The notes under the pieces were generated by a model. It ran no database searches. It was not told where the DNA came from and saw nothing but the letters and a program-made list of their open reading frames with translations. A program made the position numbers and the translations under genes. A DNA stretch of 59,865 nucleotides, the filler included, from Bipalium vagum (lineage: Eukaryota), in NCBI GenBank assembly GCA_037834085.1. It is 3 parts of 3 records of this genome, joined end to end, with 100 filler letters (N's around TTAATTAATTAA, not from the genome) between each part and the next. Parts side by side here need not be neighbours in the genome. Positions count along the whole stretch, not along the records: positions 43,526 to 59,865 come from JBBMKC010115385.1; 2 more parts are not named here. One strand, given 5' to 3'. Below are positions 53,000-59,865 of this stretch, one piece after another. Every line of letters starts with the position of its first letter. Positions within the stretch are counted from its first letter, which is position 1.

Positions 53000-54220
53000 T
53001 TAGGTTGTTGCAAAAAAAATGTCTTTTTGGCAGGTCATCAATTTCATTCATTTTAATAAATGTTTTTTTTTGAATATTCAATATATTTTGATAAATTTTT
53101 TAAAGTAAAATTTTTAAAAGTAAATTTTATTATAAATTACTTAAAATATTTCATAATTATCCTTTTTTAGGCGATTTGACCGAATATGGAAAAATATCAA
53201 TATTGTACCATTTTTAGGCGAATACAAATTAGACACAAATGCTACCGAAACGACTCGCAAAATGAATAATTAATTTGATCCTGCAACTGTCAATCAGCGT
53301 ATGGTGCAACGTTGGCTTAGACAGTTTCGTCAGGGAGATGATACCCTTGAAGATGAGGATGGTCGCGGTCGATCACGTAAAGTTGACAATGATAAATTAA
53401 AGAAGATAATCGAAGCTGATTCATCAAAATCCACAAGTCTGATCTGAACTTTTGGTTGATCATGCAACAGTACTTTGTCAGTTAGACGAGATTGGAAAGA
53501 TGAAAAGATGAATAAGTGAGTGCCACATGACCTGAGCGAAAAACAAAAAATCGTCGTTTCGAAGTGGCATCTTCTCTCCTTTTGTTCAACAACCGCGACC
53601 CATTTCTCAATCGAATCGTGACGTGTGATAAGAAATGGATTTTCTAGGACAATCGGCAACGTTCGGCACAATGTTTGGATAGAAATGAAGCTCCGAAACA
53701 TTTCCCAAAGTTAAATTTGCACCCTAAAAAAATTATGGTGTCTGTTTGGTAGTCCATAGCTGGTCTGATCTATCACAGCTTCCAAAATTCGGGCGAAACT
53801 ATTACAGCAGTAACGTACTGCCAGCAAATAGATGATATGCATAGGGAACTTCGAGTCATCTGTCCGCGACGCATGTCCACACGTCGCACAAATAACATTG
53901 CAGAAAATAAACAATTTGGGCTACGAAATTTTGACTCATCCCCCATATTCGCCAGACATCTCGCTAACAGATTTCCATTTCTTAAAGGCTCTAGATAAAT
54001 TCTTGGTCAATAGGTGCTTCAAAACCAGAGCCTTTGATGAGTTTGTTGTCATCAGGAACAAAGACTTTTATTCCACAGGCATAAATAAACTTATCACTCG
54101 TTGACAGAAATGTATTGACTGGCATGGAAATTATTTTGATTAATAAAGTTTATTTTCCATTGAGTTATGACATTTTTACTTTTATAGCTGTAAAACGACA
54201 TTATTTTTGCACCAATCTAA
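53000..54220 (+). mobile_element. mariner (cecropia/Hsmar1-like) with both TIRs and TA TSD; disabled transposase
   Basis: TTAGGTTGTTGCAAAA...TTTTGCACCAATCTAA; VPHDL, RIVTCDKKW and HPPYSPDISLTDF. Confidence 0.9.
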
Positions 54221-54224
54221 TATA

Positions 54225-55260
54225 TCGGTTGTTACAAAACCAAGGGAAAAATAAAAAATTGAATAAAATGATCAAAAAATTTATGTTATTAATGAAAAAA
54301 AATGTATTTAATAAGTCAAATACAATAGTTTTTCCTATAACATGTTCTCAAAATGCTATCCTTCACCAGATAGGATCAAATCAATTCTTAGTGTGAAGGA
54401 CAATATTGCAATTTTTAACTCTGTGGGAGTAAAACGGTTTTCCAGTACTATAATATCTTTGGTGTTTTGTAATAGAAAACCCTTGCGTTCAGTAAACCCA
54501 AAAACCAATAATCAACTCGTGTCAGGTTTGGTGACCGAGAAGGTAGATTTTTGGGTACATCTCTTGATCTTGTGCGGACCAAATGTTTCATTTAAAATTT
54601 TTCGGACATTATTGGTATAATGCGGGAATTCTGAATCCTGCATGAAGTATGTTGATTTTTTTAATTTTCATTTTATAAGTTCTGGCTGAACTACATTTTT
54701 CAGTATGTCAAGGTAATTATTCTTATTTATTGTTTCATGGAAGAAAAATGGTTGGAATTGAGTCCTATCTAGACAGATTTTTTCCGGATGAAGCGGTTTT
54801 GTCATGAAAGATGTTGGCTTACTAGGAGCCCAAATTCGACAGTGATATCGGCTAATTTCACCATCCATGTGGAAGTATGCTTCATCAGTCCAGTCTGTTG
54901 GCTTTAACTCATGAAGTAATTGTATTTTATAAGACTTCAATTTCTCATCCTTAAACTCTTTGAATCGAGATTGGTGGAATATTACTTTCTATGAATAATC
55001 TTCGAATGGACGTTTTACCATCAGTGTTACGCAATGCATCTTTAATAACAGTTTTATGTCCACTGACCAAAGAAAGCCTCCTGAGAGGTACATTCAGTAC
55101 ACTACTAATTGTCTCAAATTTCCGGATAAGTTTGGCTACTGCCGAACAGGTGCACGGATTTTGATTAAATTTCTTTCCCTCTTGATATACCTAATTGCAG
55201 TTGGAGAAGAATTTGAATTAGAATAACATCAAATGATGTCAATTTTCAAGATTCATATGC
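54225..55260 (-). mobile_element. rosa (DD41D-type) Tc1/mariner relic
   Basis: SYKIQLLHELKPTD, WTDEAYFH, CRIWA..KPLHPEK and YFMQD; catalytic spacing not countable because of frameshifts. Confidence 0.75.
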
Positions 55261-55449
55261 ATATCTATCAAATTTTTAATATATATTATTTAGACAAAAT
55301 CTATCTTAATCAATTTTTATTAAATTTTTAATTCAAATAAAATATAGTTTGTTAAAAAAATTGATAGGTAATATAAATTGTTCCTTGGATTTGGAACAAG
55401 CTTTATAATTAAATTAAGTTTTTAATGTTATAAATTGTAACTTATTATT

Positions 55450-58230
55450 TATCAATTAAATTTATTTATTATTTATTTGATGATTTTAAACAAACATTTG
55501 ACGGCTCTTTAATAAATTAAATCATTTTTTACCATTTCCAAATCATTGATTTTAATTTAACCATTAGTATACATTTTTATAATGTTTTGTGTAATAATAA
55601 AAAATAGTAAATTACTGAAAATCCTGATATATATTAATAAATAATACTAAAAATAATTAAGTGAGTAGATAGGTAAACCAAACTTTGAGGATATTACTCC
55701 AACTGTTTTTCTCTCCTCAAAGTCTGGTTTATCCATCTACTAAGAATATTACATTTTTACATTACATTCTTCAAATTACATTCTTACAAATAATTCTTTT
55801 CTTTTTCAGACTGTTCTATTTCATAAATTATTAAAATCTTATATCCTTTTTCAATTAATTTTCAAGTATTTCAATAGTTGACCATGTTCCAGTTAATTCT
55901 CTTTCTTCATCACTATGATTACATTTTTCATTTCTAAAATTATATGTTTTACAATTTCTTTTTGCATGAATTAAGTTATATTTATTATTTATACAGATTT
56001 TGCATCTATTTATTTGATGTACAACTTCGTTGTTAGAACCCCTTGTTTGATCACTATTTTGAGAATTACAACAATTATTATCTTTAACATAGTGATTTCA
56101 GTCAATATTTTTTTCCATACAAGTTTTACATAATCCAAACAATAATTCGTGTACATTTCCAATTTCCTGTTTATAAGGTAAGACTGGAATTAATAATTTT
56201 CTTGGTGATAAATTTGACATTTTAAAACTCCAAAGTAACCAACTATGCTGTCAGCAGAATATTCTTCTGGTGAATTATCAAATATTTTTATAGGATGTCC
56301 AACTGAATATTCAACATATTTACTTACAGTTGGATATAAAGAAACAAAATCTACATATTTTATTTTTTGGAGAGTACCTACAAGCAGCTTTGCTGTTTAA
56401 ATTTTGTGCATAATTGAATAGGTTCAGTTCTTCCATAAAATGCATCTTTAGGTTTCAATTTAGATAAAGCTGAATCAATTTTAAAATTTTTAAATTCAGA
56501 ATTTTTCCTATTCCTGTTATTTAAAAATTCCATTGTTTTATTTCCTTTTTTACAAACTTCATTTTTATTATAACATATAGGACAACCAAGAAAATAGCAG
56601 CCATTAAATTCATAGATATAATAAATTTTAGTTTTTGTATCATAATAATAACCATCAGATTTATAGTGTTTATTATTTACATTAATTATTTTTTCGGTAG
56701 GAAGCCATGATTTAGGGTCAATTTGTTTAAATGTTTCATTTTTACTATAAAGGTTATTAGGTTTTTTCATTTTTATTTAAGTTATTTTAGTGTATTTATC
56801 TATGCATTATATACTATACACTGTCAAATAAAATTTACTTATATAAAAATATTTTGAATGAAATTTAAAATTTGAAAATTTACAAAACAGAAATTTATTT
56901 CATTGATAAAAATTTATCAATGAAATAAATAATTAATTGATATATTTAAACAAATTGGCCCTAAATTGTGACTTCCTACCATTTTCCCCTCCTTTTTTAG
57001 CATGTTGAATATTTTGATTAAATTATTTACTCATATATTCCAACCAATGAACTCATTTATGTAAATATACATCTTCAAAATCATTTGATCTAGGAATACC
57101 AATTTCTTTATTATTTATCATAGATATAAATATTTGAGTACAAATTTGAGCAATTGTTATATTTTGAATAGGATCTATATTTAGAAGCTTTGCCTCACAA
57201 GAACTTTATTCTAATTTTTTATCAACAACTACAGCTCTGCTGTCTTCAACTGCTTTTGGAATATTTAAATTTAAAAATAAATCTATATAAATTGAACAAC
57301 CTTTAGTTAAAATCATGACATCTGTTGAACAATAATAAAACATTTGAATTGGAAAATTAAACGTTTCGTTATTTTTTTTTTCAACATGCCATTGTTTTAA
57401 TAATTTTTTATCTTTATTATTATCACTCATATAATTATAATCATAAAATTCTAAATCTGGATATTTACCAATATAATTCTGATTTTGGTTTTTATTGAAA
57501 TAATACTGAAAATATACTTTAGAACCTTTAAAACCAAATGTTTCAGGAAAAATTTTTAAAGGAAATAATGTAAAATTTATAGAATCAATAAATCTTATAA
57601 TAAAATGTTTAACTTCCATAAAAATAATTTTACTACCGGAGCTAAGTTTTTCAACAGGTAATTTATTTTTAATTAACCAACCTAATATTTGATGATTATC
57701 ATAACATTTAGCATAGTGAGCTATAAAAGTATCTTGTTTGAAATCTTCAGTAATGAAAAATTTACAAAAAGTATCAATAAAAAAAGAACTTTAGTTTTCA
57801 ATTGTAACATCCTTTAAAAATAATATATTATATAATATATGTTCAACAGTTAAATTTTTTGATTAGCATTTAACTTTAAAATATGAGATTGTGCTTGCTT
57901 GTATTTTAAAATATATTTTTCTTTCGGTATCATATGCTATTGCATAATTCATTTCATGATAACCGGCATTTTCTTGATTAGCTTCGAAATCAAAAAATAT
58001 ATATTTATTACTTTGTTTAAATTTTCCTTCATTATTTTTCATTTAACATTTATGTTGATTAAAAGGAGGTTCATATACTTCATTACAAATAGGACAATTT
58101 TTTTTTATTTATTTTTTTTTATTTTCGCATTTATGATCAGATCAGATAATATTCTGGTTTACAATCTGCACATATTTTTGAATTTATATATAAATTGTAA
58201 CATTATCTACTTTGTTTCTATATAATTGTT
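55450..58230 (-). mobile_element. Polinton/Maverick protein-primed DNA polymerase B pseudogene
   Basis: FIAHYAKCYD (exo II), FIDSINF, YC.TDV.IL..G, DGY...IYEFNGCYF.GCP.CY (Vsr-like insert), DAFYGRTE, YVDFVSLYPTV (motif A) and HSDEERELTGTW. Confidence 0.9.
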
Positions 58231-58999
58231 TCTAATTGTTTCTTTATAACCACAATCTGGTTCCAGGCACTCTGTCAATCGATTTACTAATGAAGAAATC
58301 ATTATCGAAGAAAGATACATCCTTTTCATTGAAAATATATTTTAATTTTATGAGATCCTCATTGGAATCTATTTTTTTCCTCTTAAATGTTTTTTCATGA
58401 TTAAACAAGAAACCACTGTATGCAAGATGCAGACTCAATGAGGTCTCATCCTCTGTCCAAGGACATTGAATTGGGCCAGATTTTCTTGGCTCGTTTGCAA
58501 TCGCTTTCTTCACATATCTTCTGACACAATACCTGGGAGGAATCAACTGCATGATTTTTTCATTGCAATCCTCTCACACAAAGTTTACTAATTTTGTAAA
58601 CACATTTTTGACAAACGAACGAGTATGTGTGCCGGGAGGCACAATATCCACTTTCAAAAATCATGATTCCATAAATTTTAATATTTATGGAAGTAAATTT
58701 AAATTCATAATTACCACTTTATTTTGGAAAAATTTTTGAATATTTTTCTTTTGAATTATAGTAAAAATGTGAATGTGTTTTAAAATTTTGTGATTTTTCA
58801 TGACTTAAAAATAATTCCAAATTTAGGATTTTCAATTGAAGAACGATTGCCTTTGGTAAAGGCTACCGCGTCTGTTATTTCTGTTCGTCCTAATGATTTT
58901 CCATTAACAAAAGATAGTTCCTATTATTACTATACCAACCGAAAGCATGATAATTATCCATTGTTCCAAAATTAATAATATTATTAATTTCAAAATTGA

Positions 59000-59720
59000 T
59001 TTTTTCTGCAACTAAAACAATTGTAAATTCATCTTTTATTTTTGTTCTTAACTCTCCTTGAAAATATCCAATATTATCCTTATAACTTTTTAACAGACCA
59101 GAGGTTATCTTTTCAGTAGTAATTACAGATGTAATAGATTTCCAATATGATCTCCAACAAAAAGGATTTAATTTTTCATATAATTTTTTATAATGTTCAA
59201 AAGCATAAAATTGTTCATGTTAATTAATAAAAGATTTCAATTCTTTTAGCTCTTTTTAGATTCTTCCTTTTCTTTTTTATTATTTGCTGATGAAACATTA
59301 TTATTATTTTTAGGATTTTCATTCATTTTATTTATAAAGGATTTTAAATTCTTTTATCTCTTTTAAAATTCTCATTTTCTTTTTTTGCTTCTTTTAAATC
59401 AGATGAAATCTGTGGGAAGTGTTCTTTCACGAATTTTAAAATTACAACATCATTATCATTTAAAGGATCAGGAGTATTTATTATTTTGTTATTATTCATA
59501 TTTAAAATTCTTGCAAAAAAACCTACAAATATTGCTCCAAGAATTGGAATGACTATAAGAAAAAAACCTTCCTTAATTTCTTCAGCTTGATCATTAATTT
59601 GTTCTCGAACTTGATTAATTTTTTTAGATAGAAAATATTTTTCGCCGTTAAAAGTATTATATTTTGGTTTACCTATTTCAATGATATTGTTTAATTTTTG
59701 TTCGGTAATATATATCAGTC
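59000..59720 (-). mobile_element. Polinton/adintovirus-like accessory ORF relics
   Basis: FLSKKINQ..EEIKEGFFLIVIPILGA (GGFLP-like motif); lies upstream of pPolB on the same strand. Confidence 0.45.
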
Positions 59721-59865
59721 ATTTTAGATAAAAATTTGAAAATTTTAATTTTTAAAGAAATTTAATTATTTATTAATTTTTTATAAAATAAATTCACATT
59801 AAAATTAAATTTCATAACATGATTAATTATAAAATATAAATTTTTAATTATAAATTAAAAATGTT

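Noticed and set aside
55880-55925. HSDEE as the ALKBH3 HxD iron-binding motif
   Set aside because: The context (HSDEERELTGTW) belongs to the Polinton pPolB.

Overview
Very AT-rich eukaryotic (animal) genomic scaffold, not prokaryotic. It consists of three contigs joined by 100-nt N gaps carrying an artificial TTAATTAATTAA linker (21263-21362, 43426-43525). Most of the window is decayed transposons: several Tc1/mariner clades (DD34D, DD37E, maT-like, rosa-like, pogo/Tigger), hAT, Penelope-like, RLE-type non-LTR, Ty3/Gypsy integrase, and Polinton/Maverick remnants. Manual GT-AG splicing recovers host genes that the ORF track misses: TMEM263-like, TPGS1-like (8 exons), PAAT/C10orf88-like (4 exons), the last exon of an ALKBH3-like gene, and a probable CDK relic. 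The most interesting structure is a convergent pair of predicted GPI-anchored Ly6/uPAR (three-finger, CCxxDxCN) genes. They share a nearly identical C-terminal exon (2 silent differences in 243 nt) and a diverged first LU exon (14 differences in 68 nt). Each is predicted to splice to an unrelated N-terminal mucin-like region built from phase 1-1 exons. The short introns (39-78 nt) and TE mix fit an AT-rich invertebrate such as a flatworm, but that is inference. All family assignments come from motif recall, not database searches.
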